Below are positions 17,081-26,575 of a stretch of 64,000 nt of DNA, piece after piece. Source of the DNA: a virus; IMG/VR virus record IMGVR_UViG_3300025418_000011. One strand, given 5' to 3'. Numbering within the stretch: the first letter of the stretch is position 1; the number at the start of each line of letters is the position of its first letter. The notes under the pieces are model-generated. The model worked only from the letters and a program-made list of their open reading frames with translations. It searched no databases and was not told the DNA's origin. Made by a program: the position numbers and the translations under genes.

Positions 17081-17403
17081 GCTCCTTAGAAAAAGTTAGC
17101 AATTATTTGGACAGCTTCACTCCAGAAGATGCAAATTTTGACTATGCTTGTTATATTCGAGAAAAACTTGCGGATATGCAGGCAGTGCAATCAGCAGGAG
17201 TCATTAACTCAGAAGAAAGTACGGACGAGCATACTGGAGATTTAGATACATCAGAACAAGATAAGGCCCATGATAATTTAGAGGGAAAATTAATGCATGG
17301 AGCTTTTCAGGACTTAGAGGCATTAAATCAAATAGATAAGGATAAATTAAAAGTAGCCTCTCCTGTAAAAGATTTGTTAGATAAAATAACCAGCAAAAAA
17401 TAA
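17077..17403 (+). CDS. acidic protein with KxA motifs
   Basis: EKVSN, EKLAD, LKVAS. Confidence 0.75.
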   Translation: MSSLEKVSNYLDSFTPEDANFDYACYIREKLADMQAVQSAGVINSEESTDEHTGDLDTSEQDKAHDNLEGKLMHGAFQDLEALNQIDKDKLKVASPVKDLLDKITSKK

Positions 17404-17404
17404 T

Positions 17405-19267
17405 ATGCCTGTTACCACGGTAGGGAGAATACTTTTAAAGGAGTATACTCCTAGACACTTACACCACATGATAGATGGGCAGATTCTCGATAAAAAGGGA
17501 ATCTCTAACCTTTTTAGTGAGCTGGTAAAGCAGGAGCCGGAGAATTATAGTAAAATTGCTTCAGATCTTACTAGGCTTGGATTTGAAGTAGCCACTAGGC
17601 AAGGAACATCCATCACTCTTAAAGATCTTGTTTCTCCTGTTAATACTAAAGAAATTTATGATAAGTTCGATGAGTTCCAGGAAAAGGTAAAAAGCTCTAA
17701 AGACCCAGAGCACATCAAGAATCAAAGAATTTTTGATAAATATAATTCTTTGATGGAAGAAACCAACAAAACTATTCTTGATGAGGGACTTAAGAATAAT
17801 AAGTCTTTGGCTAAGATTATTTTAGCAGGGTCTAGAGGATCTCCTGCACAATATAGATCAACTATCGCAACTCAGGGAATTGTAGTGGATGCGGAAGGTA
17901 ACCCTAAGATGGATATCCCCGTTAAGAGCTCTTTTGCCGAAGGATTATCTCTTCCAGAATATTTAGTCACATCTTTTGGTACTCGTTCTGGTGAGGTTGT
18001 TAAAAAGATTGGTGTGGCTCAGGGTGGATACAGCTCTAAGCAGTTCTCCAGAGCCCTGATGAATCTACAAGTTACAGAACATGATTGCGGAACCACAAGC
18101 GGAATAAGTGTACCTACCTCAGATAAAGATTCTGTTGGTGCTTATCTTGCACAACCCGCAGGAGAGTATAAGCGTAATAATGAAGTTACTGCTAAGATGT
18201 TAAATGACTTGAAAAGTCATGGAATTGATAAAATTTTGATACGCTCGCCCATGACTTGCAAGGCAAGTAACAACAGTCACTTTGGAGCCGTTTGCCAATT
18301 ATGTGTAGGCAGAAGAGAAAAGGGGCTGGCGGCCCCTGATAGTTATATTGGTTTAGTGGCGGGTACCGCAGTCAGCGAACCCTTGACCGAGTACGCGATG
18401 AAACTGAGACACGGAGGAGGAGCCGCCACATCTTTAGGTGGGGTCACAGGGTTCAAGATGATTAATCAGCTAGCCAATATTCCAAAGACATTTTTAAACA
18501 AGGCTCCACTCGCTCAAGAAGATGGAATTGTTACAAATGTTCAACATGCTGCCGCCGGTGGATATTTTATAAAAATAAATGATACAGAGTATTATATAGG
18601 TGTAGGGCAAGAGCCTTATGTTAAGGTTGGAGATAAAGTTGAACAAGGGGATGTGCTAAGTTCGGGACTAGTTGATCCTAGCGAGGTTGTAAGATACAAA
18701 GGTATAGGTGAGGGAAGAAGCTATTATGCTCAAGCAATGAAAAAGGCTTTTGATGAGGGTAACCTGGGAGTAAATAGAAGAAACTTTGAATTGATCGCCA
18801 GGTCCGCCATAGATCACGTAAAAATAAATGATAATGACGGGCTTGGTGACTTTCTACCCGATCAAATTGTTTCATACGCCGCACTTGAGAAGAATTATGT
18901 ACCTAGACCTAACAGTAAAATTTTAAGATCAGACTTAGCCTACGGTAAATATTTGGAAAAGCCTGCTTTACATTATACAATAGGTACAAGAATATCTTCG
19001 TCGGTTATTAAAAATTTAACAGAGCATGGAATAGAATCTGTTGAGGTTAATGACGATCCCCCCAATTTTGAACCTCACATGGTTAGACTATTAGACGTAC
19101 CTGAGCACGTAGATGACTTTATGCATGTGCTCTATAGTACAAATCTAGCAAAGCGTTTTAGTAATGCCGTGAACGAAGGAGCTTCTTCTGACATTAGAGG
19201 ACCTAGCCCTATTCCTGGCATTGCTCATGGTGTAGGATTTGGCGAACACACAAATTTCAAAGAGTAG
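17405..19267 (+). CDS. rpoC: RNA polymerase beta' subunit, C-terminal fragment (bridge helix, trigger loop, jaw)
   Basis: TTVGRILL, GSRGSPAQ, SSFAEGLSLPEY, VTEHDCGT, IRSPMTC...VCQLC zinc site, VSEPLTEYAMKLRHGG ~ IGEPGTQLTMRTFHIGG. Confidence 0.95.
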   Translation: MPVTTVGRILLKEYTPRHLHHMIDGQILDKKGISNLFSELVKQEPENYSKIASDLTRLGFEVATRQGTSITLKDLVSPVNTKEIYDKFDEFQEKVKSSKDPEHIKNQRIFDKYNSLMEETNKTILDEGLKNNKSLAKIILAGSRGSPAQYRSTIATQGIVVDAEGNPKMDIPVKSSFAEGLSLPEYLVTSFGTRSGEVVKKIGVAQGGYSSKQFSRALMNLQVTEHDCGTTSGISVPTSDKDSVGAYLAQPAGEYKRNNEVTAKMLNDLKSHGIDKILIRSPMTCKASNNSHFGAVCQLCVGRREKGLAAPDSYIGLVAGTAVSEPLTEYAMKLRHGGGAATSLGGVTGFKMINQLANIPKTFLNKAPLAQEDGIVTNVQHAAAGGYFIKINDTEYYIGVGQEPYVKVGDKVEQGDVLSSGLVDPSEVVRYKGIGEGRSYYAQAMKKAFDEGNLGVNRRNFELIARSAIDHVKINDNDGLGDFLPDQIVSYAALEKNYVPRPNSKILRSDLAYGKYLEKPALHYTIGTRISSSVIKNLTEHGIESVEVNDDPPNFEPHMVRLLDVPEHVDDFMHVLYSTNLAKRFSNAVNEGASSDIRGPSPIPGIAHGVGFGEHTNFKE

Positions 19268-19284
19268 TTAAGCTATTTAGAAGC

Positions 19285-19313
19285 TTGCATGTAGGTTAAA
19301 AAATACGTAATAT
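19285..19313 (+). promoter_or_regulatory. putative promoter
   Basis: TTGCAT-17 nt-TAATAT. Confidence 0.4.
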
Positions 19314-19341
19314 TGTTTATAAATTCTGGGATTATATAATT

Positions 19342-21633
19342 ATGGCAAATTTTTCTAAAACAAAAAAGGCGGGCGACGATTCATTAGAGCAGTCATTTTT
19401 TCAGCTTGCCTATAACAAGCTTCAGGACAGTTTGAAGAATCTTCTTCCGTTTTTAATAGGCTTTGAGATCGTAAAAAAGAACGAGGACAACACCAAGGCT
19501 CTTGGTGTTTTTGGATTTCGCTCTCATGGAGGACAAATCCTTTATGTACCTGCTTTCTTCGTGGACGGTAAAGTAAAGAATCTCGATCTTCTTTATTCTA
19601 AAAATAACGAGCAGTTTTATCCTCTGGATGAAGACTTTGCTGAGTTATTCTTAAAAGACGAAACCACTAATTTGGGTGCCGTAGCAAAAGAACCAAGACA
19701 GAAGGTTCTACAGGATATGACTCAAGGCGACTATCGCCAGATGACTATTCCTCCTCGTACAGGTAAGTACACCATAGCCTCTTGCATAGATTACGTAAAG
19801 GATTCTGATAATAAAACAAAGAGAGCATTCACAGAGCTTTTAGAGAAGGACGCAGACTTTTGCGAGTCTGTACTACGCTTCTATCCTATAGAGAAAGTTG
19901 CAGAAGCTGTTGTAGAAACAGAAGATGGTGACAAATATAGAGAGGGAAATGATGTTAAGGTGGTGATGAAAGACCAAAAACCTGAGGTCTTGAAGCTTGA
20001 TGAAAAGCAAAGAAAAGACGTTATGACTCAGGGATTTATAATAATTGACAAACGTCCTGTAGATAAAAAATCTAAGTTTGGCGCTGTTGATTATGTAAAG
20101 ACATTCCAAAATCCTGTAGAGTCTGGCTTTTATCCATATATCACAACAACAGGAAATATTAACTACGGTTTAATCCTTGTTCGTCCTAAGCAGCTTCAAC
20201 AAGATTTTGCCACGGATGATGCGATAATTATCAACCTTGATGCTGAAGACAAAGGAACCGCTTATGTGGCAGACACTAAGATGGTTTTTGTTAAAGATCA
20301 ACTCAAAGTCGCAGACTATTCTTTAGTCCACAAGATGATGGTGGATCCCGCTGAAGCTCGTCCTAGCTATACTTCGGTTTATGTTCTTATTAACGAGCAA
20401 ATGCAGGCTACTCAGCCATTTAGAATTAATGCTAACTTTAAAGATGCGCAAGGGATCAGAAGAATTAGTGTAGAGCCGTTTTCTATTCACGAGGATCCTA
20501 AGACCGGTTATGAGTATCAAGATCATAATCATGGAATGACAGATAGGCCCGGCAGTGTTCATAATCTTCCTCGTGGAAACTATTATAGACATCCCAGAAA
20601 AGCCAAAGAGATATTGCTCGTAATGACCAAGAAACCTAATGGTGGGCTTGATTATCATGGGCACACGGTATATGTACCTTCAGGTTATAAGCTTTTAGAG
20701 GTGAAGTTCCACCCAATGAATGAATATGGTTATTGTGGTGTTGAAGCTCCATATGTTTCTTTAGATGCCTCAAATAAAGATAAAAGTGAAGCAGATAAAG
20801 CTCAAGCCGAGAGAGCCAAAGCTCACGAAAAGTATTTAGAGAATAGGCCGGGCGGTGTATGGGCATTAAATTCGTTTCTTACTAGGAATAATATTTTCCC
20901 GATGACTGTAAGAACAAACGGCAGTGAGTACTTTAGCGATATTGCCGGAGCGAAGAAAAAGTATGACAATCCAATGAAGGCCAAGATTGCCATGGTTACT
21001 GAAGTTGGATTAGACTTCAAGCAGGCTTGTGAAGTTATTGATAATCTCACTCCCTCCAAGGCAATTTCAGGACATGTAAAAATTGCTTATACAGGAGACT
21101 ATTATCCCATCCCTTACGAGGAAGCGCCGTACACCAACCAGGTGGGACAGCCGACATATGTTGGAGTTGGTCAAGAGAGTCGACTCCCTGCAGACATTCG
21201 CTACACAGGAGATCCTACAGCCTTAGGTTTAACGGTGATGCCGGAAGTTGAAGGAGTGGACCCGTCCAGCCCTAAGAACAAGATTGATCCTAAATATGTA
21301 AACCAGGCCGCCCAGATGGCTCAGAACGGACAGAAAGAAATATTCGACGTTCAGACCATGGCCACATTGGCTAAATATGTAGGTGTCAGCGACAAGATCA
21401 CAGAATACATTCCGTCGTTAATAGAAGGTATGGATAGACTGGGCAGAATTATTTTCCTTCTTAACTGGGATACTGATAAATTTGTGGAGATGTACGGAAG
21501 AAATGACCTCCCCCAGCTCTCAGAGTTGGTCACTAATGTATTTAAAAATCTTGGAGAATTAGTCATCTTCCTTAAGCGTAAATCCCCAGAATTAAACATC
21601 AACATGGGTAAGGAAGATGCCCTCGAATTCTAA
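19342..21633 (+). CDS. large head-module protein, function unassigned
   Basis: KKAG, EKVAE and KIAY motifs; first gene of head operon; no portal signature recognised. Confidence 0.6.
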   Translation: MANFSKTKKAGDDSLEQSFFQLAYNKLQDSLKNLLPFLIGFEIVKKNEDNTKALGVFGFRSHGGQILYVPAFFVDGKVKNLDLLYSKNNEQFYPLDEDFAELFLKDETTNLGAVAKEPRQKVLQDMTQGDYRQMTIPPRTGKYTIASCIDYVKDSDNKTKRAFTELLEKDADFCESVLRFYPIEKVAEAVVETEDGDKYREGNDVKVVMKDQKPEVLKLDEKQRKDVMTQGFIIIDKRPVDKKSKFGAVDYVKTFQNPVESGFYPYITTTGNINYGLILVRPKQLQQDFATDDAIIINLDAEDKGTAYVADTKMVFVKDQLKVADYSLVHKMMVDPAEARPSYTSVYVLINEQMQATQPFRINANFKDAQGIRRISVEPFSIHEDPKTGYEYQDHNHGMTDRPGSVHNLPRGNYYRHPRKAKEILLVMTKKPNGGLDYHGHTVYVPSGYKLLEVKFHPMNEYGYCGVEAPYVSLDASNKDKSEADKAQAERAKAHEKYLENRPGGVWALNSFLTRNNIFPMTVRTNGSEYFSDIAGAKKKYDNPMKAKIAMVTEVGLDFKQACEVIDNLTPSKAISGHVKIAYTGDYYPIPYEEAPYTNQVGQPTYVGVGQESRLPADIRYTGDPTALGLTVMPEVEGVDPSSPKNKIDPKYVNQAAQMAQNGQKEIFDVQTMATLAKYVGVSDKITEYIPSLIEGMDRLGRIIFLLNWDTDKFVEMYGRNDLPQLSELVTNVFKNLGELVIFLKRKSPELNINMGKEDALEF

Positions 21634-22585
21634 TACATCCCCTGAAAAGGATAGTCTGCTTAAAAAATATTTAGCCCTAAAAGTACTTAGGGATAATATT
21701 TATTATCAGCAGCCTGGTAAATATAGCTTTACTGATGTGGCAGAGGATCTTCCCTCAAGTATGCAGGGAGCTGTGCCTTACTTAAAAGAGCTAGCTCCTA
21801 GTTTAGCTACAATCTCTCCTGACCCTAATACCAGAGCGAATCAAATATCTGCTGCGGTTGAAAGAATAAAACATTCGCAGGGAAATAAGAAAAACGTAGC
21901 TAGGCAGGCAGTTGAAAATGCGCTTAAGTTAGGTTTGGTGGGTCTTCCTGCAGGTTTTTTAGTTGGGGCAGGTGCTAGAATATTGGGACCTAGACTACCT
22001 ATCAATAGATGGGGAGAATTACGCAGTCCCTTTCAATTAGGTAGAAATTTAGATAGAGCTATAAATAATCCAGCCTACCGTAATAGACTTGTTTCGCATG
22101 CCTGGGGAGATGCAAAAACCAATGCATTACTGGCAGGAGCTGCAGGAGCAGCTACACCAATAATTTCTAGTGAATCTAAGCCAAACGATATGGAGCTGTC
22201 TTCTGCTTCAGCTATTTTACAAAACCATCCTTACGCTACCGCACTGCCCGGAGGAGAACTATCTGCACTAGTAAGTTCAAATAGTAATAACAATTATGCT
22301 GGACCGGCATTAGCTGGTGTTGTGGGAGCGGGAGCCGGAGGAGCTGCAACATTCTTAGGGCCTGCAAGAGAGGCAATAAAAAGAATATTAGGTACTAGGA
22401 TACAGCAGGTAGAACCTGGACTTGTTGGAATAAATTACCCTAACTGGCGAAAGCTTTCATATCCTTTTATCCGTGCAGCTAGAACAGGGCTTTTAAGAAA
22501 CAGTTTAATTGGTACTGGTATTGGTTTAGGTGCAGGCTATCTATCTTCACGAAATAACGATTCACAGTCAACACAGCCATCTTGA
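21617..22585 (+). CDS. glycine-zipper-rich putative ejection protein
   Basis: Four Gly/Ala hydrophobic stretches (LGLVGLPAGFLVGAG, LLAGAAGAA, LAGVVGAGAGGAA, LIGTGIGLGAG). Confidence 0.6.
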   Translation: MPSNSNTSPEKDSLLKKYLALKVLRDNIYYQQPGKYSFTDVAEDLPSSMQGAVPYLKELAPSLATISPDPNTRANQISAAVERIKHSQGNKKNVARQAVENALKLGLVGLPAGFLVGAGARILGPRLPINRWGELRSPFQLGRNLDRAINNPAYRNRLVSHAWGDAKTNALLAGAAGAATPIISSESKPNDMELSSASAILQNHPYATALPGGELSALVSSNSNNNYAGPALAGVVGAGAGGAATFLGPAREAIKRILGTRIQQVEPGLVGINYPNWRKLSYPFIRAARTGLLRNSLIGTGIGLGAGYLSSRNNDSQSTQPS

Positions 22586-22598
22586 GATCCCACACAAC

Positions 22599-23684
22599 AT
22601 GAAGCGTAAAGGAATTATTCCAATAAATAGAATAGGTTCTTTTTATAACTTTCCCAACTGGAGGTATCAAATATACTTAAATCCAGGAAAGGCGAATCTT
22701 ATATGGTGCTGTCGCAAACCTGCGGATGGAGCTAACGCACTGAGAAGATATGCGAATTATCCCGGAGTTAAAGATAATGTAGAAGTTAATTATTCTTTTC
22801 CTACACGTTTTCAAAATGTAATAAACAAATTAAGTTGGAAAAATAGAGAAACATTTTATAAACTTTTTAACTCTAAATTAAAAAAGGGAGGAGATAAAAA
22901 GATTTTTTGCAGGACTTACGAGGGCAAAAATCCAATATGGAACATTAAGTACGTAGACAGCATTTCTGATGTTTTTTTAAAAAAGCTATTGTATCACATA
23001 TCAAATATTAAATTTGATCACTATATTCAGTTTGCGGTGGGCTTAAAAATGTCCCCAGAGCATGAACATATTTTTAGGGCCATAGGGTATCATATTTTTG
23101 CTAATATTTCAGATCACGAAATCGCCAAAAGATTTAAAATGTATCCTAAGCAAATAGAAGCAATAAGGAACTTATTTTTCGATTTTACTTCGGCACCTAG
23201 AGAGGTAACAGCGCAATCAGCTTATTTTACCCAACTGGTTGACAATGACATTATTTCTGATTTAGATAAAAGATATTATAAACTTATATCTGAGTTAGGA
23301 GAGGTAGGCTTAAAGGCTCAGGCAAATTATCATACTCTTGACGAGGAACAAAAACGTAAGGTTGAAAATTATTTGGGTGATTCTATGCTAGAGAACGTAT
23401 TAAACCTTAATTTTGCTGTTACTGATATGAAAGATGCCATTAATTTCAATGGAGTTATTAATAACTTAGCTTCATTCTATATAAAGAAAGAAGAAGTCAA
23501 TTACTACAGAGCTAAGGTTAGAAATCTGGATGCTAGTACTGTTAGAATTGTTAATGATAATAGCCAAGATGCAGGAATGATTGACTCTACAGACCAAGAA
23601 GCGTTAAAGTTAATAGGTACTTTGGCGTTAAAGGAAAATTCACTTCCAGAATATAAGCCAATTACGGAATTGAATTCTTTTTAA
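22599..23684 (+). CDS. hypothetical protein with HTH-like segment and C-terminal coiled coil
   Basis: SDHEIAKRFKMYPKQIEAIRNLFFD; ATG at 22599 preferred over GTG 22530. Confidence 0.6.
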   Translation: MKRKGIIPINRIGSFYNFPNWRYQIYLNPGKANLIWCCRKPADGANALRRYANYPGVKDNVEVNYSFPTRFQNVINKLSWKNRETFYKLFNSKLKKGGDKKIFCRTYEGKNPIWNIKYVDSISDVFLKKLLYHISNIKFDHYIQFAVGLKMSPEHEHIFRAIGYHIFANISDHEIAKRFKMYPKQIEAIRNLFFDFTSAPREVTAQSAYFTQLVDNDIISDLDKRYYKLISELGEVGLKAQANYHTLDEEQKRKVENYLGDSMLENVLNLNFAVTDMKDAINFNGVINNLASFYIKKEEVNYYRAKVRNLDASTVRIVNDNSQDAGMIDSTDQEALKLIGTLALKENSLPEYKPITELNSF

Positions 23685-23712
23685 AAACCTGTTATAAATT
23701 AAGGATAAAGCT

Positions 23713-25143
23713 ATGGAACAACCCAACTCTCTCGTAAAAATTGCATTAGCCGAAGTGGTACAACAAGTAAACACTGGCGTAAATCCTACACAAGCCCTTA
23801 AGAAGGTGGCTACTGACTTGGATTTAAATCCAAACTATATTCATAGAGTAGGAGAGGCTCTTAATGTGGCATTGCACTACAATCATTTCAAAAAGGCTTC
23901 CGACAGGTCTTCTCAATTTCCTATTGCGGACATTCCAGGCACGATTAAAGAAATTTTTTCTACATCAGAAAAAACGGCAAACGAATATATTTCCGAACAT
24001 TTTCCTGCTTCTGAAACTAACGAAGAAGTGTTTAATTTCAACAGAGCTTTAAACAATCCAAGGTATAAACAAGCATATCTTGAAATTGTTAATGCCGAGG
24101 CCTCTAACGAGCCCTACAGCCTGACCATGCGCGGAGCTTTTCAGAAAGCTGCAAATCTTTTGAAGGACTTAGAACAAGACCTCGATAATCAAAAAACAGA
24201 AAAAGTAGGGGCAGAGATTTCACTCAACCAGCAATTTTCGAAGCTGGCAGATCATTTCCGTAAGGATAGCGGGTACAGATTACCTTTTGAGGAATTTGAA
24301 TCTCAGGTATTTAGTAAGCATGGAGAAAATGCGTTACCTTACCTAGATTTGATCTACAAGACCGCAGGAATTTCAGAGGAAAGAGGTGTGCATGATGCAA
24401 AATATCAAATGTTTGAGCCTTCTCGTGAATTAGGCATGTTTGATTCTTTTATGAAGGCTGCCACTTATTTAGGAGAGGTGGAGCAAAACCTCAAGACAGC
24501 TGAAGAGAATTATAGTTTTGAAAAAGAATATTATTCTGAGATAGGCAAGCTTGTGGCGGGTAATGGAACTCTCGCAAAACAAAGCGAAGAGTCTCCTGAA
24601 GTTAAAGTTAAAAAAAAAAATAAGCCGACTTCAGAAGATAAGAAGGATGAGGAGAGAGATCCTGTTTTAGATAGAATTAAAAAACAGGCTGAACTTAAAA
24701 AGGAAGCCTTTACCGGTGGACTTAATCTTTTTTCTTTAGCTAATTTAGTGGGTGGTGCGAAGGCCTTAGAAGAGCACAACCTTCATCATGAATTGGCTGG
24801 GCATGTAAATAAAAGACGCTCTTCTGTAGGTAATGCTGGAAATGTTACTCTTGAAAATATGGAGAGGCAGCTTATTTTCCAGGAATTGCTATTAACTGAT
24901 CCCATATTGTCCAGAGCAAATCCACAAAAAGTGGCAAGAGCCTATGAACAGATTTTAAGGCTTTCTCCGCAAGTCTCCAAAGAGAAAGAAGTTTTACGTG
25001 CAATGCTAAGGCAGGCGGTGGCTTCTCAGGCGATCGCTCCCCATGATGCAGACCAGTTAACAAAACTGGACATGGATCTCATGAAAAGAAAAATCGTGTC
25101 TGAGAACTATTTACGTGGTAATCTAGATAGCACAAAGTTTTAA
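23713..25143 (+). CDS. putative internal head (core) protein, KxA-rich
   Basis: About 12 K-x-(A/S) motifs (KIAL, KVAT, KTAN, KAAN, KLAD, KTAG, KAAT, KTAE, KQSE, KQAE, KEAF). Confidence 0.65.
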   Translation: MEQPNSLVKIALAEVVQQVNTGVNPTQALKKVATDLDLNPNYIHRVGEALNVALHYNHFKKASDRSSQFPIADIPGTIKEIFSTSEKTANEYISEHFPASETNEEVFNFNRALNNPRYKQAYLEIVNAEASNEPYSLTMRGAFQKAANLLKDLEQDLDNQKTEKVGAEISLNQQFSKLADHFRKDSGYRLPFEEFESQVFSKHGENALPYLDLIYKTAGISEERGVHDAKYQMFEPSRELGMFDSFMKAATYLGEVEQNLKTAEENYSFEKEYYSEIGKLVAGNGTLAKQSEESPEVKVKKKNKPTSEDKKDEERDPVLDRIKKQAELKKEAFTGGLNLFSLANLVGGAKALEEHNLHHELAGHVNKRRSSVGNAGNVTLENMERQLIFQELLLTDPILSRANPQKVARAYEQILRLSPQVSKEKEVLRAMLRQAVASQAIAPHDADQLTKLDMDLMKRKIVSENYLRGNLDSTKF

Positions 25144-25155
25144 AATATAAATCAT

Positions 25156-25527
25156 ATGAGCTTAATTCTTCAAGTTACCAGGGCTATCGAGAACGACGTT
25201 TGGAGTCTCACATTTTCTGTGGACAAGTCAAAAATATCTCAAAGCGATCTAGACTTAATTTCTAAATTTGGCGAACCCACAATAAACGTAGGCGGAACTT
25301 TCGGAACTTCACCGGATCAATATACCCTACCCAATCAGTATATCGGCATTATCTCTGGTTTACCTTACACTCAAACATTTGACTCTACCTCTGCTCCATT
25401 TAATACTGACACCCAGATTAAGGCCGTGGCATATCAAACTGCGATTGTTGCTAATTATACAGCTGCATTAAGCTCACTAAGAAGCAACACAGACAATTTT
25501 ACCGGAGAATATCTTTTTAATTTATGA
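25156..25527 (+). CDS. small structural protein
   Basis: T/S-rich globular ORF in head operon. Confidence 0.6.
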   Translation: MSLILQVTRAIENDVWSLTFSVDKSKISQSDLDLISKFGEPTINVGGTFGTSPDQYTLPNQYIGIISGLPYTQTFDSTSAPFNTDTQIKAVAYQTAIVANYTAALSSLRSNTDNFTGEYLFNL

Positions 25528-26003
25528 ATTTAGAAGATCCTAGAATTAAGGCGGCCTTTGCTCGCGGTTATATGAATAAACGCGCTGAATATGATTTAGA
25601 GAAAGGCGCATTTTTATTGCCATTGCTTGGAACCCTCTATGGAGGTTTAAGGGGTGCAACACTGGCAGGTAAATATCTAGCTCCAGCCATAGGTTCTTGG
25701 GCCGAAAGAGCACTGGCTAAAAGGTTAGCCGCTAGGGCAATAGTACCCGGAGAATTAGGCACAATTCCAAAACCTCCAGGTTGGGCAACGAACAAAATAG
25801 ACTCTGTATTACGTTCTTTATCCACAAAAGTAAATCCCGCTGAACTAGCAGGCCACCAGTATTATTATCCTGTTGCCCCCGCCGGTGAGCTAGCCTCTCA
25901 ATTAGGACAACTTGGTGGTAGCGTACTGGGTGGAGGTATAGGTGCTGGAGTAGAGGGTCTTCTAACTCCGCAACAAACACAGCAGCCCAGCATTAACCAA
26001 TAA
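25524..26003 (+). CDS. glycine-zipper protein with N-terminal KxA segment
   Basis: AFARGYMNKRAEYDLEKGA-FLLPLLG; LGGSVLGGGIGAG. Confidence 0.65.
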   Translation: MNLEDPRIKAAFARGYMNKRAEYDLEKGAFLLPLLGTLYGGLRGATLAGKYLAPAIGSWAERALAKRLAARAIVPGELGTIPKPPGWATNKIDSVLRSLSTKVNPAELAGHQYYYPVAPAGELASQLGQLGGSVLGGGIGAGVEGLLTPQQTQQPSINQ

Positions 26004-26010
26004 GGATATA

Positions 26011-26571
26011 ATGAATACCAATAGCTTTATCTCTGGATTTATAAAGGCAGCAAATTCTTCAGGACTTCCCGAAGAAAATATAGTCGATTTTATTAAGTCT
26101 GCTTATGCAGATAACTTAAGTGAGCAAGATTTAGCCAAGATAAGAATTGCCCTCAGAAGGGCGGGTTACTCTCCTGGGTACAATGATCCTTCTGGATTCA
26201 CTTCATCAAATTACAACCAAGCAATTTTAAATGCTAGAGACGCGAGCCTTGGGCAAGAGCCCCACAACCAGGGGATATTGTCGGGAATTTCTCACTCCAT
26301 ACCCGGAGCACTTCTCGGTGGCACAGCAGGACATTTAACGGGCGGTTTTTTAAACCGCCCAGGTAAATCCACAATTTTAAATGCACTACGTAGAAAATTA
26401 CCGGTATCTTTAGGATTGGGTGGAGCTATCGCAGGGGGGCTTCTCACAGGCTTACCCGCCTACGAGGCAAAAAAACAAAACGTTTCCAGCTTTCAAAAAT
26501 TGAACGACCCAGAGAATATAGAAAGAATCTCAAGAGCATTACAAGCAGATAAAACCCTTTTAGCCAGCTAA
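26011..26571 (+). CDS. glycine-zipper protein with N-terminal KxA segment
   Basis: FISGFIKAAN...FIKSAY; GALLGGTAG and GLGGAIAGG. Confidence 0.65.
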   Translation: MNTNSFISGFIKAANSSGLPEENIVDFIKSAYADNLSEQDLAKIRIALRRAGYSPGYNDPSGFTSSNYNQAILNARDASLGQEPHNQGILSGISHSIPGALLGGTAGHLTGGFLNRPGKSTILNALRRKLPVSLGLGGAIAGGLLTGLPAYEAKKQNVSSFQKLNDPENIERISRALQADKTLLAS

Positions 26572-26575
26572 AACC

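Noticed and set aside
1560-19267. RNAP split caused by stop-codon recoding, introns or split inteins
   Set aside because: Pieces lie kilobases apart and on opposite strands. Long ORFs are intact in the standard code, with TAA, TAG and TGA all used as stops. No intein terminal motifs (C-terminal His-Asn) at the fragment ends.
19342-21633. Calling the 763 aa protein the portal
   Set aside because: Size and position fit, but no portal motif was recognisable; left unassigned
11881-25826. DnaA boxes TTATCCACA at 11881, 12336 (reverse) and 25818
   Set aside because: Three scattered copies, two inside coding sequence; compatible with chance in AT-rich DNA and not clustered as an origin
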